A DNA stretch of 56,953 bases, filler included, from Sphacelaria rigidula (GCA_964200075.2; 7 parts of 7 records of this genome joined end to end with filler, not necessarily neighbours in it); one strand, 5' to 3'. Shown: positions 36,601 through 50,253, counted from the first letter of the whole stretch. Numbers and translations are program-made. The notes: generated from the sequence alone by a model not told the origin.

Positions 36601-39417
36601 AGATGGTGGAAGGCTTCCTTGCGTGCTCTGTAGAGGTGACCATGCCATGTGAAGTGTTGGATGGAGAGGATTGGTGGTAAATGGACTGGGCAGGAAAGTT
36701 TTCGAGGAGTTTCCTTGTGGCTAGGAATATACATTCCAAAGGTCGGTTGGTTAGGGTATGTACTTTTGAGTACCCGGGTGTTGACTCTACCCAACTTCCG
36801 GCCAGATGGGGTACGGTCTCAAATGCATTACCCAAACATAGAGAAAGAATTGGGTATAATCTCAATCATCTACCCAACTGTTGTATAAGTACTCTCAGCA
36901 ATTCCAGAGTGTGAAGTAGCCTTTGAATGTAACCTCAATTCTGTACACAATGTTTTGAGTGCTTACAGTTCGAGTTTGAAAATATCCCGGTATCGGGTGT
37001 ATCGTACCTAACACACCCTGGATACATACCACACGTCAGACAACTGATGACGTGACTTGACTGTGTAGTACAAACGATCCATTGATAAAAGGTGCCGCTG
37101 AGCAGTACCATGAGACCTTGCCAGCGGAAATAGGTGGGGGTGAATCGTACGAAACCGAGTTTTAAGAGTCGAGTTGTCCGACGTGTAACGCACTTGGATC
37201 CTTACACGATGTAAAAGCACCTCAACAACCGTCCCTGTCCAAACTGCATTCGAACATGTCTGTAAGGGTAACGCGCTTGCGCAAAGCCAGCATACCCCTC
37301 CATTCCCCCCTGCTTTGACCTCAAAAACTATACTGTAGAGGTGAAGCAGGGTTCTTGGTTAAGTCATGGTGAGTAATGGAAACTAACGGTTTTATATATC
37401 TTGAAGTCTACCGGGCCTTCGTGTGTTGTTTCCACGCGTGCCTCCAAGCCACGCACAAATCCCAACTCAATATTCGACGTCTCTCACACCACCACGACCT
37501 TTGTTCACTGTTGCTGTTGTTATACACTCAAGGCCATGCTGCAAGGACGCGTAGCCGACGAGCTCCTCCCTGTTCTTCTCGAAGCGCTCTACCAGGCGTT
37601 GGCGTGTCTTGGCGACGGCGCTCTGGCCGGCGCGTCACGCAAGGCTCATGGCCTGTGGCCCATCATTTTCTCCCTTGTGTGGAAGGAACTCGGTTTGGGA
37701 CAAGTGCGGTTTGATCCTTCCTCGCGGCCGCGGCGCGGCGAGAGCGACGATGACGACAACACAGAGGACGACGGTGCGCCAGACGAAGAGCTGTCGCAGG
37801 GGGAGGCAATCTTGCGCTGGGGTGCTCGCATCGTGTGTTTGTTGGCGTCTGTGCCAGTGCACTGGACTGTGGCGGGAGCGGGCGCGCAGATGATGTCGGA
37901 TGAGCACGCCCTCGCGCTTGTACATTCCCCTGTGCTCGACGGTTACTCTCTCAGGGCGTTTTTGGTTACCACGAGGTGAGAACGATTCCAAGGGTGCGTT
38001 GGGTAGGATATTTTGAAGAATCGTACTCTGAGCAACCACAACTTGTGTAAAGTAATGCGGTCGTACCTAACTTCACCCATTATCTTGGTATAGCTTGGAG
38101 GTCGGACTTTCGTAACACTCAATTTGCAAGAATTAATACGCGGGCATATACCCTACCCTGCGCACCCTTTGACGAGCGCATGTTTCAACCTTGAAGTATT
38201 TCGGTTATATTGACAAGAGCATGTTCTCCATGTTGTGGTTGAACAGGCGACATTTGGTGTGTTCAATATTTACGCCCCCTCCCCCCGCCCGATCTTCCCC
38301 TCTCTAATTTGTGACGACCAGAGCAATCGTCGCCAGCAAGGCAGAAGAAGGCCAGGAAGTTGCGCGCTACTTCGTCAGCCCGCTCGTCCTCCGCTCCCTG
38401 GCGGACAGGCTCGCGTCGTACAAACCACCGGTACACACTGAATCGCCGCGGGGGCGCGTAGGAAAGTACGGCATAGACCCGTCTGCGGGGGCTCCCGCGG
38501 TCGAGGAAGAGGTCGAAGCACCCCCTCCCCCCACCGACACGCAAGACCTCGTCATTAAGCTCCTTGCTTGCCTCATGGTGCACCCTACGCAGGGACAGCG
38601 CGCTAGACTTGTCCTGCGCGACGAGCTGCCGGAAGCTCTCTACATGTCGTTGCATCACGCGGGAGCCCTGCCGGCGGATATCAAGGGCGACGCCGCGATC
38701 GCGTTGCCGCCCTTGCCGGACCGCGACACGGACAACAAGCTATACCCGAGGAGGGGCAACGCCAGTGCCGGTTCGGCGAGGACGGTGTTGGCGACCGGGA
38801 ACGCGACGACGCCCGAGCCGCTCGCCGTACCGCTCAACATTGTCATCACGCCCCCCGATGAGTTTGAGATGGAGCCGCCGGGGGAAGAGGAGGAAGAGGA
38901 AGATGTGGTGGTGGCCGGTGGTTCTCGTAGCGGTACCGGCACCGAGCGGATGTCGATCAAGAGGCAAGTTATGGTGGCGTTATCCCCGCACCCGCGCGCG
39001 TCGGAAGCCTCTGGTGGCACTAGCCAAATGCCGTCGCTTGTCTCGGGGAGCCTTACCAGCACCCCAGTGAGTCAGAGCAGCGGAAAGGGAAAGGGTCTGT
39101 GGCAGCGAGCGAGCACGAATTGGTCAAGTAGTACGCCAAATACCCCCGGAACCACCGAGATTTCGGACGAGAGTCGGCCCACGACCTTGCCGTCGCCACA
39201 GCCATCGGCGACAGGCTCGCGGAGGAGTGTAACCATGAAGAAGATTGGTCTCGGTGGCAAGACCACTTCGGTGAGCGGCGGCTCCGCGGACCGCGCGTGC
39301 CCCCCGAGCCCCAAGAGTCCTCGAAGTCCGGGAAGAAAAGGAACCATTAATTGGGCAGCGGTTGGGCGGGCGTTGAGCCCTGGGGTTGTACGGCCGCCGG
39401 AAGGCAGCGAGAGTTGA
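33656..39417 (+). CDS. 3' part of an RME-8/DNAJC13-like ARM-repeat protein; exons 33656-33802, 34309-34515, 34783-34940, 35202-35344, 36328-36635, 37533-37975, 38322-39417
   Basis: Seven GT-AG exons, phase-consistent, 2502 nt = 833 aa + stop; exon 5 carries LLDDEIASPVLIWDESCRERL...EPCVAGLYFRLYAQEPTFAL, resembling the RME-8 PELIWN...E-x-x-VGG-x-(Y/F)LRL region; S/P/G-rich disordered tail; 5' exons outside the contig. Confidence 0.85.
35585..35800 (+). mobile_element. Intronic SINE-like repeat
   Basis: Degenerate A box TGGTGACAAGTGG, B-box-like GATTCGAACC, A-rich tail followed by (TA)n. Confidence 0.45.
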
Positions 39418-40554
39418 TTGATTGCTGTGGGTGGGGTGGGATCCAGAGATCGAGGCGAAGTGATCGAAATATCCTGTATTGAAAAGAGTTGGAGTTTTTA
39501 TGGGCACGGGAAGTTTCGGTACGACCCGTGGTAGGGAGCTTGGTTCAGATCCATTCGGTGCGGATTGTTTTTTTTTACGCGGAGGCTATACAGTAGGCAG
39601 TCGGAGGCGGTCGTGGGACTAGTACGTCCACGCCGCCTCCCCCGTCGGACATATTTGGAGTCTCTACTTTTCATTTTTGATAATATGCGGGTTATTAAAT
39701 ACAGTGCAATGCGTGAAGCAGGGCTATCAGTGGCACCTCACGTAGTTTGTTGTCCCGTAGACACGTGTGGGTGCAATAGTACATATTTATACATGCGTGG
39801 TGGCAGCGAGCGCTTGCAAGTGCATGCGTGATGAGTGGGATTGGGGGAGAGGATAGTTGGGGAGGTGAGAAGGGACGGAAGGGATCGAGACCTTTTTAGA
39901 GTTTTTCGGTACATATATGACTGGGGATCGGCTGCGACAATGTCTTGTGTTCTTTGTTTTCAACTTCTTTTTCGTCGGTATGTTGCGTGGTAAAAATAGC
40001 GCGGCGACGAGTTCCTGTTGGCGTGTACCCTTCTTGTGACGTATCCAAATCTGGAGTCCCGTGGCAGGCGTGGCCATTCGGCCGGTTATATTTGTCGTGT
40101 TGGCGTTTCGTCCTCAAGTCGTCGTGGATATGGGTGTTTCAGGACAGGGTAAGTCCGCGCCCGTGCTTCATGGATACTGCGTTGGTTGTCGGGATAGGAA
40201 TCAGGGAAAAGCCGCGCTCTGTTTCATGGTGGGCGCACTTTGGTCGTGTGTCATGGGCGGTCTCTCTGGGTGCTAGATTTGGCTCCGTGGTGACGTTGTT
40301 TTGTATCTGTTTTTTCCTGCTCGCCATGTGCCGCGCATATACGATACATCGTTGCAGCGGTTGCCAGCCCCTCTCACACCCGAAAACTCGTTCGTATCTA
40401 GTTTCTTGAAACGATTTCACACCCGGAGAGGAAGGGTTGCATCCTCACGTAGCAGTAAGTCATGTTTGGGGTTAGCACGCTAAATAGGGGGGCGAATTTC
40501 CAAACTGATCTTGATTGATTGTTATATATTTGTATTGTACTTTGAGTTCCCCGC

Positions 40555-40592
<38 letters not shown>

Positions 40593-40753
40593 GCGCCCCC
40601 CCCCACGTGGTTTTTTTTTTTTTTTTTTGTTGGAGGTGGGAGGCATTAGTTGTNNNNNNNNNNNNNNNNNNNNNNNNNNNNNNNNNNNNNNNNNNNNTTA
40701 ATTAATTAANNNNNNNNNNNNNNNNNNNNNNNNNNNNNNNNNNNNNNNNNNNN

Positions 40754-41050
40754 CTCTGTAAAGTCTGTAACACTTTCATACCGGTACCCGGCAGTTCTGT
40801 AAGTTCTGTACATGACATTTACCCGAACCCGAGGGGCGGGTATACCGGAAAAGAGTTACCCGATTGCCGGTACCAGTTCTCTGTAAGCCTCCCGTACCGT
40901 ACCCGACAAGTTATGTAAAGTCTGTAAGACTTTTATACCGGTACCCGACAGTTCTGTAACCTCTGTGAGGCTTCCAAACCGGTACCCGACAGTTCTGTAA
41001 ACTCTGTACGGAATCTCATACCCTACATAACGTACCCGTACCTTACAGAA
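40754..41050. repeat. Degenerate tandem repeat of about 38 bp (TACCGGTACCCGACAGTTCTGTAA...), probably a DNA-transposon subterminal region
   Basis: About 6-7 recurrences of ACC(G/C)GTACCCG and TTCTGTAA. Confidence 0.75.
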
Positions 41051-42560
41051 CACAACTTTGTAAAATTCCTCCTAATGCTGCTATCAGTGAATTATCGATC
41101 AGCATGTGGTAGGGACCCGAATCACGTACAACAAATGATTTAACGGGCAGGGTTTTTTCTCCTAACGTGAGGTCGAAACGAATGAAACCCACTACTTTGA
41201 TGGGTGAATTGTCCGCGCTTCTAAGGTCCAAAGATCCGCTCGGGACAGGCTTGATGCCCGCTGTACTCAGAATAGGATGTGAACGGATAAACTTTCGGCT
41301 GATGATAGGCAGGTCTGAAGTGGATCTTTCGTCAGGGCCTGCACAACACTATCGTTCATTCTAGCTAGTACTTGGACTTCACCGAAGCCGAATGTATCGT
41401 TACAGGTCCCCTCCGGTACCGCGCTAACGATGACATGTGAAAAGTGGAATGCTTCGAAGTGTTGACAGTTTTGGAGTCCGAGATTTTGATCGGTGTTTTG
41501 CATTGATATTACATGATGGTTGAGCTATGAAAGCTGCTTGCGGAACACTCTCCAGGTAAGAATGCTGGCCACACTGCACCATTTTTCGACTCGTGGTGCC
41601 CACTTCGAGCTTTTGCTTGATTCATCATGTATTTTCGCTGCCTCTTTGTGAGACTTCGCACACGGTCCCACTGAAGGGGCTATTGTATGGCAAGCAAATC
41701 ACCCTCCTCGGCGTTGAACGGTAATTGTTCCAGTTGGAGATGCAGATCCAAATATTCAGGTGCTACATCCAACTAGAATGTGACCGCATGATCTTTTAGA
41801 GGTAGTATGGGCAGTTCCGATTGGCAATCAACAGCTACTGCTTATCAAATTGTTGTTTATTCTGGCGCCAGGTTCAACATGTGTCAACGTGAGATGTAAC
41901 GTTACCGTTTCTTTGAGATACCGCGCAGAGTGCAACATGATATGATTCTCAACAAGTTGAGCTTCATTCCGATGATTTTGGACCTGTGTCCGGTGTATCG
42001 CTTTTCGACGACTGTTATAAAGGTCGCTTCGGAATGTAGACCCGTCCTGGACTCACAACAAGGGCGCAAGACTGCTCCAAGGGTTTCCTCCCTCACTAGG
42101 GCTTGGACACTCCAAGACAGATGTTGTTCACAAACACAGTCTTCGTTATCGGAAGTAATCTTGCACCTTCTTGAACACATATACTGTCAAGCAGTCATAG
42201 TCATACTCCAGCGAATATATCATGACCTACTATCATAATGCAAACTTCATATCCAAACCTCCATACATTACCCTGCAGCTCCTCATGCACCTGGACGTGT
42301 ACTGGAGGTGGATTACTCTGCAGGAATTAACTCCAGTAAGGAGGGTGGTTTTATTGTACACCGCACTCCTTTTTTCGACCTGTGTTGCTTTTGTTTGGCT
42401 TCTGCTTTATCCTAGTATGCACGTTCACGTCACAACTGGAGCTGTTTTGGTGCCTGGCCGGAGAAAGTACTGTACTGACTAAAAGACACGCTTCTCTCAG
42501 ATATCTTCCACCAGAGGGTCGGCCGTTATGTCCATTGCAGGCGTACTAAGATGTGAAATA
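41050..42560 (-). mobile_element. Decayed Ty3/gypsy gag-protease relic (different family)
   Basis: Retropepsin C-terminal half LRSADNSPIKVVGFIRFDLTLGEKTLPVKSFVV...MLIDNSLIAALGGIL (41043-41231); upstream frames are full of stops; upper boundary uncertain. Confidence 0.55.
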
Positions 42561-43472
42561 TTGACCTACTTACAGTTTGCAACTCCTCTCAACTTGTAAG
42601 CTGAGATGTGGCAAGACCGTCCAACATACCCTCTTCTTCCGCTTGCTAAATGGTTGGGTATGATAAGGTAGTGCATCCGCCGGTTGGGGAGAATCTTTTT
42701 CAGCGCTATTTCGAGTCACCGCGTTTCCAGAGGTCGATCTGCTTGATTGATTGCCGTGCCTCTTGCACCATGGTGATGCGAGGTGGGTTGATAAGTGCGG
42801 CTCTATATGACTAGCCATGCTGGTGACATATAATACACGCTGAGGAGGCTAATTTCGCGCTGTTCCGAACGCATGACCTCTACAACCCTCTCAACTCGCA
42901 TAACTGTGCACATGACCCATACGTTTCACCTGCTGTAGCGTTCCTTGGTTCATTGTTCCGGATGGTGTCGCCACCATTGAGTCAATGTGCTCCGCACGCG
43001 GAAGTCAATGTGCTCTGCACGCGCGGATTCAAATATCTTTGTCGACGCCATTGTGTAATAGGCTTCGCTAGGGGTGAGGCAGTAGAGTCACGGGTTCCGA
43101 AGAAGAACCATTGTCGTGCCCTGCTACCGAAGGAGCTCCCAAGCGAGGCGTAATTCTCTCTTTCGTCGTTCAGGCAAGGATTTGGCCTTGGCCGATGATA
43201 GGCAAGAACAACTGTTCGAGCCGGTACGGCGGTACCGCGAAGGGTCAACCAGTGTTATGCGGTGGCTCTATTACTACGAGCTATTTCAACTGGAGACCCT
43301 GTTGCCTAGGTTGCCGTAGATCCAGTTCCACAGGTTTGAACGTCTCGAGTCCGCTCATGTATGTCACCGGCGGAACCCGTTCCTGAGTCTGTCTCTCCGG
43401 TTTACATGTGTATTCTGGTGTTCAATACGCTTACTCGTATATGATCTCCACATTATTATCATTATAACGTAA

Positions 43473-43840
43473 GGCCGTCGCCCCGGTGGTTCAGTTGGTA
43501 ACCTCGAAACCTTCTGGCGGTTCGGTCGTGGGTTCAGTTCTCGGAGTGATCTGGGTTTTTTTCTCACACCATGCCCAACAGTGGAGAGCGGCTATGTTGT
43601 GAGTACACGAAATTCGACATAACGATCGACGAGGGAAAGGGACTGCTGCACCCCTCTCGCGATGAAAGAAATAAAAAGGCAAGCACCGCAGGAGGAAGGT
43701 GGGGTACTAAAAATAAAGAAATAGAAGAGAAAACCTGTCTTGACCTTCCTCCTGTGTGACCCCGGGTGGCGCGCCCACATATACCGAAAGGTGTAGACCG
43801 GCGTCCAGAATATATGGGACGACAACACACACGCACGCAT
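43473..43840 (+). mobile_element. tRNA-derived SINE
   Basis: A box TGGTTCAGTTGG, degenerate B box GGTTCAGTTCT, body shared with 16362-16465, CA-rich tail. Confidence 0.7.
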
Positions 43841-44108
43841 AGTTTATCAGTATCATTCGTCATGATTGTTATGTTTGGGGTTATGTTTATGTTTATGTGT
43901 ATGTTCATATTTATTTTCATGTTTCTTTTTGTTAACCTTGTTTTTATTTTCATGGGTTAATATTATGGTTTCATTTTCAGTTCACTCCGTGCCCATTTTC
44001 TCACCTCCGATAGTTGCTCCTGTAAATAAGTGTATTCCGTTGTCGTCGTGTCTGCCTATGTTTTTCGTTTCGTTTCGTTTCGTTTCGTTTTGTTCTGTTT
44101 TATTTCAG

Positions 44109-44246
44109 GACATGTATGCACAGTTACAGATGGTGAGGGATAAACAGGAAGCCGGCAACGGTCCTTTTGGAGCCCCCTCCGGTGGTCGAAACCCCGAAAA
44201 ACCGCGCATCATCCTCGTGTCCCGACGCCTCCCCTATAAGCTTCAG
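44109..44246 (+). CDS. Isolated exon, probable trehalose-6-phosphate synthase (GT20) N-terminus
   Basis: Strong polypyrimidine tract, ttcag|DMYAQLQMVRDKQEAGNGPFGAPSGGRNPEKPRIILVSRRLPYKLQ|gttcgt; 138 bp, phase 0/0; RIILVSRRLP resembles the TPS RL-x-x-VSNRLP motif. Confidence 0.65.
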
Positions 44247-44679
44247 GTTCGTTCCACAAAGGCGATAGGAGTAGGGTATGGTATTATGGTTGAACCTCCT
44301 CTCTTCATGCTTGTTACTGTGCCCCCCCCCATTCAGTAGGTGTTTTTATTGTACGCTTCCACATGGGTGTTGGCATATCGTAAGTCGCATTGTTATTGTC
44401 ATGTCCGCACATTAGCCCGACCTCACGAACCCGTGGTCACAGACGTAGGCTCGTATTTCCAGTATGGTCGCTTCATTATTGTTAGTATATCTTGGAGAGC
44501 ACATGCTGGGAGAGTTTCTGGCTCACGAAGAGGAGAGAGACAGGGATCGGATGTGATCACGGGGGATTTTCGTCGGTCATACCCGCGTTGCATGCTCTGG
44601 AATACAGTACGTCGTACTCCAATATATATATATACATTAGTGTGCGACACAGGTGCGTGGTCCGGAGTATTGTGTTATT

Positions 44680-45130
44680 TATTGGTCGATACTCCGGGGC
44701 AGTAGACACTACATGAACTCTCTGGAGCTCTCGATATTTTTTCAGTCGGTGCTCCAGGTGATCGAAAGTACCAGGGATTTTCCACACCCTCGACACAAAT
44801 GGATTTCATCTCGTATCATGTGAACTGTTCACAGCATCGAATCCAATGTCTATTTTTCAGTCGATGCTCCAGGTATTCGGAATCACCGAGTACTTCCACA
44901 CCCTAGATGAAAAATTGTTTCACATTTGGCAAAGAGTGTACTGCGTACAGCATCGAGTATCTTGTCCAATGCAATAGACAATATATTCGTTACTGTATGC
45001 AGTACACTTTTCGTCAAATGTAGTCTGTAATTCAGGGTGTGGTATTTTCTGCAGTCGATATCCCGTGTACTCTTGGAAGTACAGTAATCCGTATTCTCGG
45101 CGGTCGATGTAGTAGTAGGTACCTTGTGGT
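44680..45130. repeat. Diverged repeats of a CAGTCGAT(G/A)CTCC motif
   Basis: Copies at about 44683, 44743, 44858, 45051; two share TTCCACACCCT downstream. Confidence 0.55.
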
Positions 45131-46271
45131 ACTCGGCGCCGCATATACCCTGGTTGGTACCCCGAGTTACCCTACCTGAGGCAATCGCCTTTGGTTCGTG
45201 CTGTAACCTTTTTTGCGTGTTGTGGATGAGCATGGCTCGGTGTCTACGATAAGCTTTCGCTTTCAAGTTCCCAATGGCACAGGGTGGTGGTGATTATATT
45301 TGATTCGAATGCCGCACATTGAGTCGTCCCCAAGGGAGTCGTGGTCACAAGATGGGTGTTCATACCCAAGGTAATGAGAACAGAAACTCTCGCTGAAAAA
45401 AAACGAACAGCGGAAAAACAAGAACAGAGAACGTAGAGCACAAACAAGAAGAGTAAGCTGAAGAAACAAAAAACGAAACATATGGGTGATGATAGTGGTC
45501 GCGGTGGTTGTAGTTGCGGCTGTTTGTCTAGCAGATGTATGTCTGTTGGCTGCGATAACCGTCGAAAACACTCGCACTTTGTAGAGTAGGCTCCGCTTTA
45601 GTAGGAGAAGATAGTAAAAGCAAGAAGTTTGTGTGTCACATGTTTTTCACAGGTCGGTCGTACGTATCTTGGCTTTTTATACCTTGTTTATGTTTTGTTT
45701 TGTGTTGTCACTTTGGTGTGCCTCCCTTGAGTTACCACAAGGTGACTGAAGCGGCCTGCTTGCCTACCTTTTACCTTCACCACTGCCTCTTTACCGGCCA
45801 CATCAGGAATGGTTTGTTTTCCTCTTCTTTTCCTACTTTCAATTCCCCTTTTCCCGGAAGTAGGCCAGTCCACTTGTCTCCACCGCGGTAGAACTTTTCT
45901 TTTACTTCAGTGTCGAGCATTGCATCATGACCAATAGCACTCCCGCAGCTCAGAGAGCGTATCGTCGATTTTTCCTCGCCCGACTCATAATCGTCGCTTT
46001 TTTTCTTCGGAAATGATTGAGAAATACTTGGCTACAGTCGAGATTCGAACCCATAGAATTCGGCGATAATAGTGGTCATGGTCATGATTCATTTTGATGG
46101 TGCCTTTCCACATTCGAGTACAGGCAAAAACCCCAAAGCATAACTTTTACCCTTGTCAGGTCCCGGTACAAAGAGGGAAATACTTCCAATGTTTGTTCAT
46201 TCAGGCACGTGCTGTGAGTTTTTCTCTTGACATACGGACTGGGCCGCCCACAACGCGGACAGGAATGTGAT

Positions 46272-46892
46272 CACGCGATTGTGCAGCTCGATCAAGGGTC
46301 GTTTTCTATGAAATTTTGACACAATATACAGGACGTATGTGCGAAGATCCCATCATCTTCCCCCTACATGTTTTTTTTCGTGAGTTACTCACGGTTTTGT
46401 TCAGAAAAAACTATTCTGAAGTGTTTAGTTGCCAACAACTCACCGATTGAAAAAAAAAGGTAGGGGGAAGATGATGGGGTCTTTGCACATACGTCCTATA
46501 CATCGTGTCAAAATTTCGCAGAAGACGAGCCAAAATGGAGCAGCATAACCGTCGGTTCGTGTCGAAGACCGGTTCCTACGTGGAGATGGACCAGCCACGA
46601 AAAAATGAAACGCGATTGTTATGTTCAATTTCAAGTCTTTTTCCACGAAATTTTTCCGCGATGTGCATGAGGTATATTGTGAAGACCTTTTTGTCCCTCC
46701 TTGACTATTTTTTTCAATGAGTTGTGGACACTTTTGTACCATGAAAATTGTTCCGAAATTTCGATCACCAATAACTCACGAGGGAAAAAAAAACGAAGAG
46801 GAAACGATAGGGGCTTCGCACATACCTCTTGTACGTCGCGTCAAGATTTCATAGGAAGCGACTCAAAATTGAGCAGCTCCATCGCGCTTTCT
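46272..46892. repeat. Two consecutive diverged palindromic units (four alternating arms of about 100 bp)
   Basis: 46272-46378 vs 46450-46550 are inverted; 46607-46715 vs 46783-46892 are inverted; all four arms are related. Confidence 0.75.
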
Positions 46893-47175
46893 TGTTGAGA
46901 ACCGGTTGACCTGCTTCTAGACTACAACAACCTCAGCCGGAATTTTGTGACGTTCTCTACATGCTTCCTCCGCCAACAACTGCTCACCGGTTTGCACACC
47001 ACTGTCAGACGCCTTGGCGCGCTGCAGCCTTGTCTGCGTGCCATCTCAGACACTGCGCGCCTACAGTACGACATGCATTGTTGTACAACCACAACTAGTT
47101 CAGCACCACCACTTCGCAGCCGCGGCACAACCGACTTTAACCGAAAATATGATTTCAGCAGTTTGTTGCCCTATT

Positions 47176-47358
47176 TCCACCGCACATATCACCCTCAACT
47201 CTCCACACTTCGCAGCTGATGACAGTTTGGAATTTCGTTAACTTGTCGGATCGCAGTGCCACGTGGGTCCACCGTACATATCACCCTCAACTCTTTACAC
47301 TTCGCAGCTGATGACAGTTTGGAATTTCGTTAACTTGTCGGATCGCAGTGCTACGTGG
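47176..47358. repeat. 92-bp tandem duplication
   Basis: Two near-identical copies starting at 47176 and 47268. Confidence 0.92.
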
Positions 47359-50253
47359 ATTGAAAGACGCGCCTTGATTTGCAGATCACCACGATATGCC
47401 ACAGTGTGCATAACTCGCGATTTATCGTCAGTTCGAACGGGCTGAAGGAAATTTCGTTTCTTCGGTAGCCCAGCCTGTACGTCATGTAAAAAAAAATATC
47501 TTCGTGGTATTTTGTTTTGTTTTGTTTTGTAGACCCTGAACTATTTTGCTATCATGACGTCGGTACATATAAGAATTAGATCATGGGAAAAATGGCACAG
47601 GGCGCACGGTACAATGGAGCTTGAAATGTTGCTGCGCCGATATTTTCTTCAGCCTATTTATTGATAGCGTAAATGTCTCTCCGCTCTATATATTAACCAT
47701 TCTGTACTTTATCAGAGTAAACGTCTCTTCGCTCCATGTATTCTTTAGTACAACCGTGTTCGTAAAATACATAATCAATCCAAGTAGAAATTGGTCCTTC
47801 TCGGAACAGTACTTACAACACGCTCCGACTTTGAACGAGAAAGCTGGCAGTCTTCACAAGCAGGCCAAAAGATGACCCCAGCCTAACGGTCAAGCTGTTT
47901 GTGTACCCGACGAATCTGAAAACCCCGTATTCTGTGCTCTACCGATACGACTCAGTGTATCCATGCACAGCAACCCAGCGTTTTTCGTTAGCATCGCAAA
48001 CCATGGTCACCTAATCAAGGCCGGAACACCCGTCGGGCAACTGGAGCTCCGATCTACGTGTTCTGGTAGAGCGTAGTACAACGCAGTGCCATGTGCGCTG
48101 GTACAAAAAAACTATATCCTCATCAATGTAACGAAAAAGCGTAGTCGCTGCTGTCGAACGCTCCGTCATGTTTCTGTCGGATGCTTGCTCCTGCGTGGGG
48201 TTCAAGAGTGGGTTGTCGAAGTGACAGCTATCCACGAGCGAAGAAAGGAGGCCTATCATGTTGTTCGCTTCGCGCCCGCATCGCAGAACAGTCGATACGG
48301 TATGTCAAACTACAGCACAACAAGGGTGATTGCTGCATACGAAGCAAAGTTCACCGGCTTGCTTGCGTCCCTCGCGGGATCGGATGATCAGTGATACGGT
48401 AGTACGGCAAGAGCACTGAAAAATGAGAGTTCGAGCATGGCGGGAGACGGGATAGGCAGCAGAGCAGTCGAGCACCAGAATCACTACAGCAAAATAGCGG
48501 ATGGCAGCCGGTCCGAATTTTGGAATCGGCATTCAACGACTTAAGCCGATACGGTGGCAAACCCAGCACAAGACAAAGCACCGCTCACCGGCTTGCTTGC
48601 GTCCCTTGCGGATCGGATGATCAGCGCTACCAGCTGGTTCAGATTGAACGCCCCAAATGTATTCCCCGGGATTTCCTCACGCCGTATTTTCGAGTGAGAC
48701 CACGAAAATTTGCACACATGTTCTTGAGGGCACTATACAAAACTCGAAGACCGTTTTTTTTGTTTTTGGTGTCGAGATAGTCGGGATCTGACCCCTCCCC
48801 CGGNNNNNNNNNNNNNNNNNNNNNNNNNNNNNNNNNNNNNNNNNNNNTTAATTAATTAANNNNNNNNNNNNNNNNNNNNNNNNNNNNNNNNNNNNNNNNN
48901 NNNAAAGCACCATCCTCAACATAGATGATTGGCTGTTTTCAAATTTAACCCGCTGTACAGATACTGATTTATTTATTTTTCCAACACGGAACATTCCAAC
49001 CAACTGTCCGATACTTTCATCGATGTTTCATTGATGGAGCAAATTTGTCAGTACAAAGAACGTTTGTCTCTACACACGCCCGACTGTACCAACACCACAG
49101 CAGGAACACACGTCGATTCATGCTTGCAGGTAACGAATACGCGGCCTATTTCAATCGCCGCCCGCTGTGCAGACGATTTTTCTCCCAAACACAGAACGTT
49201 GAGCCACCATGCGCACCGAATCGATGCGACATGATGGACCAGGATTGAGAATGTTGCCGGTACACGAGCATGATTGAACACGGTGAGGCGCGAGGCTCAT
49301 GTTACTTGTACACAAGCTCTCGACTCTGTACTCTTTTCACTTTCACACTGCACCAGGGTACACTACAATTTGATTGCCGCCCCACCAACACACACTACAG
49401 TACATACTTGATCGTCCAGAAGGCCACGTACCCTTCCGTTGAAGTATTGTTCCGAATTGAAGTACTGACAACAGTACAGCACCGTTTGAATTACATATGA
49501 TCTCAGTGGGTAATATCTTGCGGACGGTGAGGTGCCTTGCTGTAGCATACGTTGGTACTGCTGCACTATCTGAACGAAGTCATCTATATTGCACTGTAGA
49601 TATGAACACGACGCGGTTATAGCGGGTGTGTCGGGTTTTCTTCATGTGATGCGAACAAATTGACATCGTACTGCACTGTCGACCATGCCCGCTGCACCAC
49701 GCGAAGATCATATGTACTGTACTGTGCCACACAGCATTTTGCTGTCTGGTGCTTTTTACACTGTTGTCTGCACTGCAATACACATTTGTATTACGGTTGT
49801 GCTTGTACATTTATTAACTGTCTATCTGCACGATGATACGTGATCGAAGCCCCGACTCGGCTAATTCCAGCGAACTAAGGCGGTACTGTGATAAGTATCG
49901 CCAGCTGCGCTGATATTGCCTCTAAAAATACGGCGACCGACTGTTTTTTTTTCTTTCTTAACCTCAACAGGTTCTCAAAACAGAACTGAACGGTTTGACG
50001 TTGGTGTTCGCCGCGTCCCACACGTATATTCCTTTATGGCATGCAAGGTTTGTCCGATGCGCTGTTGCGCTGATAACAGTCACTGTATGCCTGTTGATTG
50101 TGACAACAATCGTTTTCTTCTTGTCTCTTTGCTGTTACAGTTATCCATCAACACACACACACACACACATGAGGTTTGTTGTGTGCCTTCGACAATTTTC
50201 TTTTCTTTTCTCTTGCGTCTGCACCTGATTGAAAAGGTAATAGACCGCTACAT

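Noticed and set aside
40754-41050. CRISPR-like or iteron repeats
   Set aside because: Irregular degenerate tandem repeat without unique spacers
47215-47350. Tandem hammerhead ribozymes (CTGATGA in a 92-bp dimer)
   Set aside because: No GAAA after the putative stem II and no stem I/III closure found
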